Source: Sphagnum compactum (Eukaryota). Taken from it: a DNA stretch of 64,000 nt. Every line of letters begins with the position of its first letter. Position 1 is the first letter of the stretch. Below the pieces are notes generated by a model. That model made no database searches and was not told where the DNA came from. It saw only the letters and a program-made list of their open reading frames with translations. This document shows, in pieces, positions 37,819 through 49,842 of the stretch. The position numbers were made by a program, and so were the translations under genes. The stretch is from assembly GCA_965153455.1 (NCBI GenBank), contig OZ234493.1, positions 29,874,213-29,938,212 of the forward strand. Direction: 5' to 3'.

Positions 37819-39171
37819 CTATTCTTTGAAATCATCCTTGTCATCAGCTGGAATCGGTCTGTTTCTCCAAAAGACAGCCAAACCACTCCCACCCAGTGCC
37901 ATGAAGACCACGCTCACAGCTGACGGCACTGCAACAAGAGGGTTACTGAAATGCTTTTGAGCCAAAAGAAACCCTAATGCTGAGCTCTGCATTCCGCACT
38001 CAATTGAGATTGTCCTGGATGTCGATTCTCCAAACCTGAAAAACTTGGAAAGAAAGTAACCAAGGAGGAAAGCTGCAGCATGCAAGATTGCTACTGGCAC
38101 GATGAGCTGAGCTCCTTGAGCAACAAGCACATCTGAGACTTGACCTATAGGACTTGCACACAACAAAGTTGTCATGATCACTCCAACCAGGGGGGTTACA
38201 GTGATGATCTTTTCTACAACAGTGGGGAAAAGCTCATGAGCAAGCACACCCACAATGGTAGGCATAAGAACTACTTGGAATGTGCTTATTGCAAGGCCTA
38301 CTGCATCTACTGGTACCAACTGGCCTGCAAGAAGCTTGGTGAGCAATGGGGTCATGAAAATGGCACCGATGGTGGAAGCTGTGGTCATGAGAACGGAGAG
38401 AGCTACATTGCCCTTAGAGATGTAAGTGGCGACATTGGATGCTTGACCTCCGGGACAGCAGGAGACAAGAATCAGTCCTGTTGCTAAAGGAGCAGAGAGG
38501 TTCATAGAAAGCGCAATGAGAAATCCTAGCACTGGCTTTATCAGATACTGCGCCAGAAAACCTACTCCCACAGTCCATGGATTCCTCAAACATCTGCGGA
38601 AATCCTCGAACGTGAGAGTAAGACCCATGGAGAGCATGAGAAATCCCAAGAACAATGTGAACAAATCCGTCTGCAACCATGTCACTGCCGATGGCTTGTA
38701 GATTCCGATCACTGTACCCAGTATGACCCACACGGGAAACATGGTCGTGAGCACGTCCACCACTTTCTCGAAAGTGCTCAACGTCGTCTCCGTCTTTGTG
38801 TCCAAGAATCCACTCGTATCTCCCACAGTAGTACTTATCTCCGCCTGGCACACAACGGCATTCTTCGGCTTCCTCTTCACCCACCCACGACCAACTAAGT
38901 CCAATCTTCCCACGCCCCGAGCCACAAAAAATTCCGCAGTATTATCAGCAGCAGCACCAGCAGAAGCAGCTCCTCCTCCATCACAAAACAAAGCAGCTCT
39001 ACTGCCGCTACCAACAACAGGCAGCAGCGACGCAAGCTTCAATGAGCTCACTGTCGTCGTCCTCCTCCTTGCATGCTGCTGCAACTGCGAGCTACTACAA
39101 GAAGACAATCGTTGGAATGGGGTTTCGTAGCAGAGTCCACATACTGCTCGAGCTGCAGCAATGCTAGCCAT
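37819..39171 (-). CDS. BASS2: Plastid sodium/pyruvate cotransporter (bile acid:sodium symporter family), intronless, 450 aa
   Basis: Continuous ORF from the ATG at 39171 (MASIAAAR.., transit-peptide-like). Motifs [85 protein letters not shown]-terminus [12 protein letters not shown]. Confidence 0.95.
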   Translation of the reverse strand: MASIAAARAVCGLCYETPFQRLSSCSSSQLQQHARRRTTTVSSLKLASLLPVVGSGSRAALFCDGGGAASAGAAADNTAEFFVARGVGRLDLVGRGWVKRKPKNAVVCQAEISTTVGDTSGFLDTKTETTLSTFEKVVDVLTTMFPVWVILGTVIGIYKPSAVTWLQTDLFTLFLGFLMLSMGLTLTFEDFRRCLRNPWTVGVGFLAQYLIKPVLGFLIALSMNLSAPLATGLILVSCCPGGQASNVATYISKGNVALSVLMTTASTIGAIFMTPLLTKLLAGQLVPVDAVGLAISTFQVVLMPTIVGVLAHELFPTVVEKIITVTPLVGVIMTTLLCASPIGQVSDVLVAQGAQLIVPVAILHAAAFLLGYFLSKFFRFGESTSRTISIECGMQSSALGFLLAQKHFSNPLVAVPSAVSVVFMALGGSGLAVFWRNRPIPADDKDDFKE

Positions 39172-39388
39172 AACGGAAGCAAAATAACCAAACAAACAAA
39201 GATTTGACGAAGCTCTTCTTGTTGTTCTTCGTCTGCAGCGATGGCGGCAAGCTCGGGCAGAAAAACAAAACACCGACAAAGCAATAAACCCATACACTTT
39301 GTCTCACTAGTGCGAAGCGCTCGCTTTCCCAAGGAGAGAGAGAGAGAGAGAGAGGACATCGGGTACGCATCGCACGGTGGATATCGCA

Positions 39389-39510
39389 CACACGTGTGTA
39401 GGATTCCCACAGGATCGGGAATCTGGCGGCCAAAAGCCCACCACGTACTACTACAACCTAGGTCGAATCTCGCGGCCTAAAGTGCACCACGTAGCTACAC
39501 AACCTAGGTC
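39389..39510. promoter_or_regulatory. Putative BASS2 promoter: G-box and duplicated CCACGTA..CAACCTAGGTC module
   Basis: CACGTG at 39391-39396 and two copies of CCACGTA(N)nCAACCTAGGTC at ~39441 and ~39487, 220-340 bp upstream of the ATG. Confidence 0.4.
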
Positions 39511-39588
39511 AAGAAGATGTCATCTTAACAAGAGGTTCTTAATTAAGGTCTTATTAATTAAGCAAAAAATTGGGAATTGTTGAAAAAT

Positions 39589-39631
<43 letters not shown>

Positions 39632-40225
39632 GTATATCTATTTTGCAACATTTATGCAATATATATATAATATGAAGCCAAAATTGATGATCTTATTTTA
39701 TTTTTGGATTGAATTTGGGATCTTGAATTTTGGAGTTTAGATGGGTAGATGGTTGAATTTTTTATTATTATTTTGACAAAAATTATTGGAAACACATGAG
39801 TAAGAATTTGGATGCCCATTTGTGACTTAATTTTATCCTATCCTTTTGGTAATTGGGTTTGGTTATGAAATAGGCTAGGATTAAAGGTACATCAAATTAA
39901 CTAGGTTAACATAATTTGGTTTCCATACCAATCTTTATCACAAGATCAAAGATACCTCAAATTTGGTTCTTTATCCTTATATATATATATATGAACCCTA
40001 TTGAAGAATGCATTTAAAAAATAATTAAATGAATCTTAAATTTGTAATTAAGCTTCACTTTTTAAATGTGATTCTCATATGTTCCCATATGGTTTCTAAT
40101 AGTTCATCATTATTTTTGTCAAACTCAATTTTGATTTTATTATATATCATGGACATGAAAAGACATGTTTTTGTCCTTTTTCATGTTGTTTTTTAAAAAG
40201 GTGTTGAAATAATTAATTTTTTGAG

Positions 40226-40270
<45 letters not shown>

Positions 40271-43067
40271 GTGAAAAAAAGACTTTGGATAAATCCAAAT
40301 AACATACATATTCCCAATCATCTAATAAATCAAACCACCCTAAAATCAAAACTATTATATAAGTCTTAGTCTTCAAAAATATAATTTTCATTTTGATAAT
40401 CAAATAATAACTTTAGTACCTAAATCTCTCAAGTAGAATCCTTCTTGTCGAAGAGCATTAGCACAAGGATAAATCTCATGCTACAAATTAATGCATCTCC
40501 CGGGAAACTAGATCTATAATGTAAAGTTTAATGTTATTCAAAAATTGGGCTTATAAAACAATGTTACACAAGCAAAAAGCTCTCTATTTAAATTTTTTTT
40601 CATTGTTGTCTTGAGTATTCCTTCCCCACCATCATCCTCCTCTTTCCCCTTTTAATCAACCAAGTTTTACAACATGGAGGTAATAATTATTTCCTTTCCT
40701 ACTAATATTCCTAATAATTACCTCCATCATCACCATTAATGCGCAACAATGTGGAGCTCAAATAGGTATGACTATTTCATTAACTTGAGACCTATAGGAT
40801 TGCATTACCTATTAACTTATTAATATATTCATCATTTTCATGGATGAACTTTTATATTATTTGACATTTAAAAAAATACAGTTTAATATTTTTTCAACAT
40901 ACATGAGCAATCATTTTTTTGGGGTTAGTTTCCCTATTTTTTATATATTAAAAAGTGCCTATATCCAAGTCCAAAGGAAAAGAAGTTTGCCTTTATTGAT
41001 GAGATAAAAAGACATAAATACAAAACACAACATCCATTATAACATGTGTAGCATACGACCACATCATTGGGGAATTGACCTATAGCCTAAAATATACTAC
41101 TAATGTTCATAAGTAGCTCGGCACACATGGGAGAAATCATGGTGGGAATCACACATGAATGTAAAAATTGGGGAAAACATGCTCATTTTGTTGAACAATG
41201 GAGCCAAAATTTACTCCCAATAGTCATTACTTGTTGCATGAATTCAAACCTTCCACTTTGTAAACTATTATATACGCAAACAAACAACAACATAAAGCCA
41301 CAATCTTTTGACAAAAGAAAAAACCCGAGTAGTTGATGTATTAAATGAAAAAAAAGAGCACAATTCCATTTTACTACTCTTCCGTGACATTACTCATCTA
41401 ATCCATATATGTGAGCTCCTAATCAAAAGATCCCAATACATAGGACACTATATATATCATATAACATCATATAATATTAGCCCTATAATCGTATTTAGCC
41501 TTTTTTGGCCCTAGGCCATAACTATTATTATTTTATTAAATTATATTAACTAGTATGGATGTGAAGACTCCACTTAGGTTAGTGTAGAAAATAGACTTGA
41601 TGGAAGTTTTTTTGGTGGGTTGCTGAAATTTCTACTCTCGTGACAAAATGTGTGAAATGCGAGTATGATTGACATGAGACTCTGTTTGTGGGTCATGTAA
41701 TGCAGTGACAATTTGCTCCATTACTTCTGACATGTTACCATTAGGGAATGACGACCGTTGCAAGGATGCAGCCAAGCTGTGGATGTGCATGACTGGGAGC
41801 TGAACTTGACCCATTCATTGGCCATCATCTGACATAATCTGCTCATTTGAAAACAGATTCTGTCACATGTTGAGGAACTTTGTAAACTATTTCCTAGACC
41901 GCATGATTTCTTATGTTTGGATTGCATGCATTTTCAGAGAACACTTGACCCTGCAACAGCTTTTAGGGTGGCAGGGCCATTACTTAAATCTCTCGAGTCA
42001 AAATTATGAGAAAAATTGAGGAGGTTTGTTGAAGTGACAATTCAGTGTGCTTCTAAGTATGTGTAATATCTGCCTAGGGATTTCTCTAGATCATCCCTTT
42101 TGGACAAATCCCAACCTGAGTAACAAATGATGTCAGATTTTGGATACAGATTGTTCCCGACAAATCTTGGAGATACTTTATGGAAGAATTGTTGTCTCAT
42201 GTTCGCAAAAGTTGCCAATTTCTTAGTGTAACAACATTTGTGATAAATTGGAAATCTACATAGTTGATGAAATAAACTGCTTGCCTTGCTGGATCTATAA
42301 CTTCTCCATCTGTCACCTGTGCAGTGGTTAAAGTTTGTGCCAAGATTTCAAAGAGAAGTTGCTGCTTCTGCATCATCTGGTTAGATTAAGATCCAAAAAA
42401 GATACAGTTCAGTGCACAAATGTGTGGAGAGGTATGTGATGAGCGCAGACAAGTGTGTGGACAATAGACTGCATTGTCAAGGCAATCATCAGATTTTGCG
42501 ATTTGGAAAGGGTGGACAAGTAGTTAGAACTAAATCCAGAGAAATACATTGAACTACACAAACTGAGTAGCTGCAATCATATCATTCATTAGCTGTCAGA
42601 GCTTCATGGCTCCTTATAAGTTACAAATTAGGTCAATCCTGTGAACTGAGAATTACAAAAGCAAGGCTCGAACTCCCATATACACATCTAACAAAAGTTG
42701 TGGTGTGATCCCTTCTGCAAGACTTTCTGGAAGCACAGTCTGTAGCTCTGTCTCTACATCCACAACAAATTTGTCAGTGTGTATTGACTTACACACACAC
42801 ACACACACACACACATTTGATTATGGAGACTTGGTGCATTCACCAATCACAATTTATAGCACTCCTGCATTATTGTTATCAGAATTGCAAAACAAACTTC
42901 AAGCAACAATCCAATTGGCCAAACTAGATAAAACTAACCTAAAAATAGTGTCAGGAAGATACAAAAATAAAAGTACATGTCCTGCTTGCAAATCCCTTGT
43001 TTACAAAAGTGACTTGTACACACCCTTGTGTCTGGAGTTGTTCCTTTCTCCCCGACAGGGGCTTTCC

Positions 43068-44554
43068 CTAAGCTGGCTTTGGTATCACATTTTCAGGAGG
43101 GGGTTGAGCGAGTGTTACTGATCGAAGAAGCTCCAGTGAGAAAACTAGACCGAGAAAGTGTGATAAGATTGCATTTGCTGACGCCTGCCACACAACAATG
43201 CGCAGATGAGAAAACCTTATTTGAACAAACACACTTGGGACCTTCATCAACAGTACCAACATATGGAAGCATCTGGTATCAACATGCCACAAACCTTACT
43301 GCAGTTGTAACTTTATGAGAGTCACACTCAAAAAGTGTCTCGGTCTACTGTAGTTATGCAGGTTATTGATTCTAAGACTTGTTACCTGCACAAGGAAGAC
43401 ATCAAGTGCTAGCACTGGGCTGAACCCAACAGGTGCTCCTTGCAGATATGGAGTACTTGAAGATGTGAGAGCTTTGGCAACTAAAACACCAACAGTTGCT
43501 TGCAAGCCCAGCAATGTTGACCCCATTCCCAGCAAGTTGATCGAAACTCCATTCTTCAGGTTCTTCACAACTTGTGCACGAGGAGGTGCCTACACAACAT
43601 TAGATACACATTAAAGCATGAACAGTTGCTCTCACGCAATGTGGTCCAATGACAACATGAGCTTAAATTAGACTTTGCACAATGTTACCTTAGTGGGGTC
43701 ATCGATGGTTTCGCGCAATTGGTGGGAGAGTCGAATGTAGCCAAAGGACCAAAAAACCGACAGAAAAGCTGCAGCAATGCCACCTGCTGTGAGATAGATT
43801 GATACAGGTGATGTTGCTTGTCCAGTGATCACTATGGAGAATGCCAGTATCACTGCAGATACAACTGTGCAAATTAACTGGCCCCAAAATCCCAGATTGC
43901 CCAAGCGTCTGAAGTAACCAGCTGTTCGCTCCAGTCGTTTTGCCACCTGAGTACCACCCCGAATAGATGTCAGCAAAGAGCATATTTCACATGCAGGTTT
44001 AAACCCTAAACCCTTCAAACCCTAAACCTCTTCCTTCATCTCTGGTTACAAAGTAGGTCCAAAGCGCATCTTGTTTGCAGCAGCCTATATAGGCCCGCTT
44101 CTACAAGAGTCAAGACTAACCTGAAAGAAGGTCTCAGTTGGACACAAACAGAGAGGATAATGGGTCGCATTGCAAAAACCTGAGCAAGCTTCTGTGCTTC
44201 CGCATCATCGACGAATGCTTCCTTGTTGTACGCTCCAACGCTCGCTTTCACCGTGGTCCCTCTGCCATTCCTGTCGAGGCCGCCTGTGTATTGCTGCGAT
44301 AGCAGGTTCACAACTGCCACTCCGCGAAGCAGGAAATGCGATGAGAGTGAACCCTTATTATTAGAGAGTGCATTCGACGAAGCTCCTTTACCACAACTCC
44401 CAATGAACTCTCTTCTCCTGTGCAGCATCACGCACGGAGCAACACCTGGAGCTACAACAGGCGATGTGGACAGGCGATGATGACTAAACAACGGGAAGCT
44501 ACTACGACTACATTGCAACCTTCCATGCATACAAGATTGCACGGCGTACTGCAT
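43068..44554 (-). CDS. TIC21: Chloroplast inner-envelope protein TIC21/PIC1 (DUF3611), 4 exons, 317 aa
   Basis: Exons 44554-44180, 43946-43689, 43589-43386, 43184-43068, all joined by phase-0 GT-AG introns. Transit peptide followed by AQKLAQVAKRLERTA.YFRRLG.LGFWGQL, SVFWSFGYIRLS, APPRAQVVK.LKNG, LGLQATVG.LVAKALT, PVLALDVFLVQASAN.ILSHFLGL. Confidence 0.93.
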
Positions 44555-44980
44555 TTTGCAGCACCTTCTTACTTGGGCTCACAAGAAGAGAATTTTCTTC
44601 TACCAAAGAAAACAAGATTATGTGCCTCCCGTCCGCAGCAGCCTCTTTCGAGAGAGAGCGAGAGAGAAAACCTTCTTCCCAACACAATCCCCAGCCCACA
44701 AAAAAAAGAACAGAAAAAACAGAATCCAGAACGAAAAAAATTCAGACTTGAAAATTTCCAATTACAAATACAGCAATCTGGAAATACAAATCACCGTCTC
44801 AAATTGCAAGAAATTGCAAACAAATCGCAAAATCTTCGCAGCAACAAAAAACAATTTTGCTGCTACGGCAAACCCAAAAGCGCTAGCAAAACCCACAAGC
44901 CCCCGGAAGAAGCTCAAAAAACCCTATAACCGCTGGTTAATTTATCCCCTACTATATACCCACTGGAAATCCCTAAAAGA

Positions 44981-45075
44981 CACGTGCACAAAGAAATGCA
45001 CAACGGACAATAGGTAGTCAGCTACGTGGCAAACGTCACGAGCTGTACCGCTGGCAGAATCATCACATACGTGGC
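44981..45075. promoter_or_regulatory. G-box/ABRE cluster in the divergent TIC21 / F-box intergenic region
   Basis: CACGTG at 44981-44986 and ACGTGGC at 45024-45030 and 45069-45075. Confidence 0.45.
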
Positions 45076-45920
45076 ATAGATCCCGGCAATACGATTTGCC
45101 TCATCTGGACCGTCAAATTTCACCTAATTAATTTATTAAAAAAAAAACAAAACTCATTCATCTATCTTTCCTCCTCCATAAAGTTCTTCTCCGTCGATCT
45201 TATTCATCGAAGGTAATCCAATCCGTTGGTCAGTTATTCATCCATTTCTTTTATACAATAAATTCGTCGAATTTTATTTTAAAAATAAATATTCTTAAAA
45301 TTTACCTATTTGAAACCCTGATTTTTTCTTCCAATTTGTGACATCAAAATGTTTTGCCGAAAATTTCCGGAAAATTAGAAAAATTAGTCGAATTTAGGCT
45401 ATACTAGAAAAAAACAAAAATAAAAATCCACTTAATTTTAACCTTGTTGTTGGAGAGGCCCCAAAAGTGGCTCCGTATTACCCCAAAAGTGGTCCCAAAA
45501 CAGTCCTCTCCCTCTCCCTTCCTCCCTTTCAGATTTCCGCACTTTGTGTTTGCGCGTTGCGCTTCCCCCTTCGTCTCCGTTTTGGTTTCTCAAGGGATGT
45601 TTGGAGCCGCAATTCTGCGTGCAAGAAATCGCGACGGAGCTTCACAGGAGTTGCAGTGCTCTTGTTATTAATTCTGTAAGTTTTTTTTTTGGTGCATACT
45701 TGAGCAAGATATGGAGTTTCCGTGTCGAATTGTGTGGCCATGGTTTGGTAAGAAGAGGAGAAGAAGAAGAAGAACAACATGATGATGATGATGATGAATT
45801 TGAATAAATTCTTTTCGCCGTTCTCCTGGTGAAGAGTTTACTTTGTAAGAAGACACAGAAAAGCTTATTTACTGCACTTCGTTTTTGTTGGAGAACAAGG
45901 ATCGGACGTGAGAGGAAGCA

Positions 45921-47075
45921 ATGGAAAACGTCAGTCGAAATGAGGACGCTGGAGTAGGAGACGACGACATGGCGGCGGTACTACCTGACGATCTGCAGGA
46001 CCTGGTGTTGGCACGCATTCCTCTCACAACCCTTTTCAAAGTCCGTGCAGTATGCAAGCGATGGAATTCCATCTTGTTCCACTCTCCGTTTCTCCGACTT
46101 CGTGCAGAAATTCGGAGTAGTCTACAACAGGATTCCTTCTTCCCTCTCCTCTTTTGGAGGCAAGAAGAAGAAGACCAAGGTTTTGTTCCTCCAGACATGG
46201 ACGTCACCAGGTATTACTGGTCATGGATGGGCTATGACTTTGCAACAGAGAAATGGCAGACCTTAAAACCCTTCTCCACACCATCGGCAGTCAATGGAGT
46301 GGTAACTGGATCCAAAAGTCTCTTGTGTCTCTGTGGAGAGGATTGCTTACTGATGTGCAATCCTGTTACTGGGGCTTGCAAGGAGATTCCATTCAAAGAG
46401 AATGTGATGCACATGGTGGTGGATTCAGAGACGGACACATACAAGCTCATTGCTGCTGCATCGACCAAGAGAGCTCGGATCTATGACTCTGCAACAAACT
46501 TGTGGACTAGAAGTGGAAGACCAGCCCCAAATCTTGCATTGTCTTCACAGACTGGTGCTTTCTGGAATGGTCATCTCTACTGCATTGCACGGGAGGAGCG
46601 CAGTGGCAGGTATGGTGTGGTAATACTTGATGTTGAGGGTGCAAGGACATGGAGCAATATCAGCTTCATTCCAAAGGAGACTGGTGAAAACTTTCTGGAA
46701 GTACAAGTGGTAGAATGCGGAGGTGACATCTACACAATTGTAGATAAAGTGATAGATGAGATCACACTCAGACAGAAGTCAATCAGCATATGGAAACTGG
46801 AGAGGGAATCCCGGAAGTGGGCATTGGCAGGGACAATGCCAGAACACTTGCGAATAGATCTCATCAGCGTTGGCAGTCTTGGATCCATTGCTCATGACAA
46901 CCGCATCTGCATCTTTGAAAAATTCACATTCAAGGCAGTAGCATGTGACATGTGTGCTGGATTGGCAAGGTCATGGTATCCATTGCTACTGAATTCACAC
47001 AATCTGCCAAATTTTCCAGGCCAAAGAACATTGGCTGGCATTGCATTTGAACCAAGCTTGTTAACATCTGTGTAG
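45921..47075 (+). CDS. F-box protein (F-box/kelch-like beta-propeller type), single coding exon, 384 aa
   Basis: N-terminal F-box LPDDLQDLVLARIPLTTLFKVRAVCKRWNSI. Propeller-like motifs MCNPVT, YKLIA, IYDSATNLW, VVECGG..IWKL..W. C-terminal AFEPSL. Probable 5' UTR intron starting GTAAG at 45676. Confidence 0.92.
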   Translation: MENVSRNEDAGVGDDDMAAVLPDDLQDLVLARIPLTTLFKVRAVCKRWNSILFHSPFLRLRAEIRSSLQQDSFFPLLFWRQEEEDQGFVPPDMDVTRYYWSWMGYDFATEKWQTLKPFSTPSAVNGVVTGSKSLLCLCGEDCLLMCNPVTGACKEIPFKENVMHMVVDSETDTYKLIAAASTKRARIYDSATNLWTRSGRPAPNLALSSQTGAFWNGHLYCIAREERSGRYGVVILDVEGARTWSNISFIPKETGENFLEVQVVECGGDIYTIVDKVIDEITLRQKSISIWKLERESRKWALAGTMPEHLRIDLISVGSLGSIAHDNRICIFEKFTFKAVACDMCAGLARSWYPLLLNSHNLPNFPGQRTLAGIAFEPSLLTSV

Positions 47076-49842
47076 GATGTAACTTGCACAGAAAAATGTT
47101 TGTGGCCAACCATCAAACCAGAGGTATGAAGTTTATGAGAACTTATCATGTCAACTTTGGTTTGATATAGGGAAGATGAAGTAGTTTCTATGCAATAATG
47201 GTGCATTCTTTCTGAGGCCAAGATGTATTTGTAACTGGCCTGGTATCCAATGTCGGCAGACTTTCTATATGTAGTCTCTTAGGTCTGCAGTGCCATTGCC
47301 AGAGCATGCAATCTCTATGAAAACATGGGAGAAGGGGATGTTTCTCTAAACTGTTGCTGCCTGTCCACCCACAAATAAGATTTCTGGCCAATCATGTGGA
47401 ACACATTTGCACCAATCAAGAATCTGCACATTTGACAACTGCATTGTGAGCCACAGTTGGTCCATGAGCTGCAATTGAAGTAATGCTATCCTTCTCATTT
47501 GACTGAACCCTGCAACTAATATCTCTTTTGCTCATTCTTTTTTGTGAGTTTTGCAGTAACCTGAATTCTGATTCACAACATCTTCTTTTCCATTTCACAA
47601 TGTTCTTGCAAATGAATTATAAATTATCTACTTTGTGCCCTAATCAAAACTGGTCCTTCTCTCATGAATAGTTAAGTGGGGTTCTGCTTGTTTAGATATA
47701 CCAACTTGAACTTTTTTTGCCGGAGCATCATTGCTCTGGTTGAAGGCTTTGCTTATGGGCACAAAGGAGATCATACAAGACCTGAAACCTTCATTTGTGC
47801 AAGATCTTCCTAGCAAGATCTGCAAGATAGCCTGGTGTAACTAAGATGTATGTCTTGCAGAAAATATCTGACGCTACAGATTTCCTGAGCCAGCAGCCTA
47901 GAGAGGTCTGGATTTTCTTCTACAAGTAATTACCACAGATTTCTACACCCACTCTTGAGAGCTGATAAAATCGCTGGCGGAATCATGGCTGCTATTCACT
48001 GTTAGATACTCATGATGAAGATGACGGTCTGATGCTTTGTGAGTTAAAACTCATATGATCGTGACCATGCACTTTCTCTTTGTCAATGTTAGTTTTGGTT
48101 TTCCAGGAAGTGACTCAAGGGTTTATGGGGGCAAAGTGTTGTGGATTTTTTCTTGGCAATCTAATAGCTATGTACACATATATGCAACGTCTGCTTTATA
48201 CCCCGTACCAATGGGTGTTCAGCTTGCAGATTTCTCAGGACAAAAGTCAGCAGACTCAGATATCTTCTACACTGGAGCCACAGGCCAAAATCTGCAAGTA
48301 CAGGTACTTGCCTAGAAGTTGCAAACTGCTAGAAAAGTTTCCTTCTTAAAAGCTCTATGACAACAAGAGGCTTGTTATAAGGTTTGTTGCAATTTTTCAT
48401 TAGGAGGTGACGAAGCAAGCCAAAAACAAGCAGATTTCCTCAGTATTATGCTTGAATGTTTGGAATGCAAGTCATACAATTTCATGTAATTTTAGTCCTG
48501 TTTATTCATTATGGTACATATGCTTCTAATATAGTATGAAATTCTCTCTCTTACACCTCTGTAATCTTTTGGAGAAAAAATGTCCTTGTAAGCATAGAAA
48601 TTATTGTCAAATAGGATAATGTGGATTTTAAGATGTCAGAAATATTGAGCCAGCGTGAAGGGTGGTATTGGATGTTCCCCTTGCTACTCCTTTTATTATC
48701 ATGAAAGTCAGCTCCAAGTTGCCACTTCCTATCTTTTTCACCCAAGAGTAAGCAAATCACAAGCTTACAAGCCTGTATTGCCTCTAATTCAATTTGTCCA
48801 CCCCACACCTACTATGAAATGACTAACGTTGGTCAACACCTTCTTTTGTAAGTGGAAGAAACTTTTAAAGTTATATTCTCAAATCATTGGAATTTTGAGA
48901 TTCTAATTTGAGGCTGCGATACCACATTTTTACAAGCTTAAATTATTGTAGCATTTTTTACTAACAAGGGTGGCAGGGATGGTACCAGGGTTTTTCTTTT
49001 TCAATTTCTCCAAGTATGCTGGTTGGCGACTATGTGCTTCTAGTTTATTCCAAGGTGCATATTTATTGGTTGAATTGGGGTTGGTGATTCCAGTAGGCTA
49101 AGCAAAAGTTATTTAACTCTACAAGTGGCTAAGTGGAGTAGATAACCTGGCGGTGAGAATTGAATGAGTGTTTTAGGTTGAAGTTGCAACAAGTTTTTCC
49201 CTCTTAAGTACAAGGCACTACAAGATGCGGGGTAAGATCAAATAGGCAAGGACCTGTAACTTGAATATAGTAGCTTCTGTGGCTATTGACGAGTATGAAG
49301 ATTAGGTGTCAAAATTTGCCATTATCCAAGGCGAAGAGCAATTGTGTACTGGAACGGCTGTACAATCTGTATTGTATAGCATGTACTTCTCACTTGTTTT
49401 GGTCTACCTTCCATCATGGATGATTCATTGCCAAGGCTTTCTCTTTGTCCCATCATGCTATTAAGGTATGATTCTAGTGTTGCTGGCTTCTTCTTTCATG
49501 TAGATGTGGTTTTTATTTCTTTCCATGCAGTAGCTTCTATTTCAACAAGACACAATGTTTGTCAATATGCTGGGGCTAGCTTGTTGAAAATTTGTAATGG
49601 AGAGAGAGAGAGAGAGCAATTGGTGTTCCTTGAGGGATGGAGAAATCATCAATAAATGGCAGGAATTGTGTCAAGAAGAAGTGGAGGACAAAAGGTCCTC
49701 CTTGAAGCAAAAATGGATGTCTGCACTGGGAAAAGAGAACTAAGGTGCTTAGTATAAGTCTCATAAGAAGATGTTGCGCTGCTGTGAGAATTGATAGAAA
49801 ACTCTCTTGCTTGTCTCTAGTCTATCCAGATTTGAATTCAAT

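Noticed and set aside
37819..39297. 492-aa BASS2 starting at 39297 as in the ORF track
   Set aside because: That start is not an ATG. The first ATG, at 39171, begins a transit-peptide-like sequence.
40227..40267. (TA)n and other simple (AG)n, (CA)n and (GTT)n tracts
   Set aside because: Ordinary microsatellites.
45779..45832. uORF beginning with six consecutive ATGs upstream of the F-box gene
   Set aside because: It is a (GAT)n microsatellite and probably lies inside a 5' UTR intron starting GTAAG at 45676.
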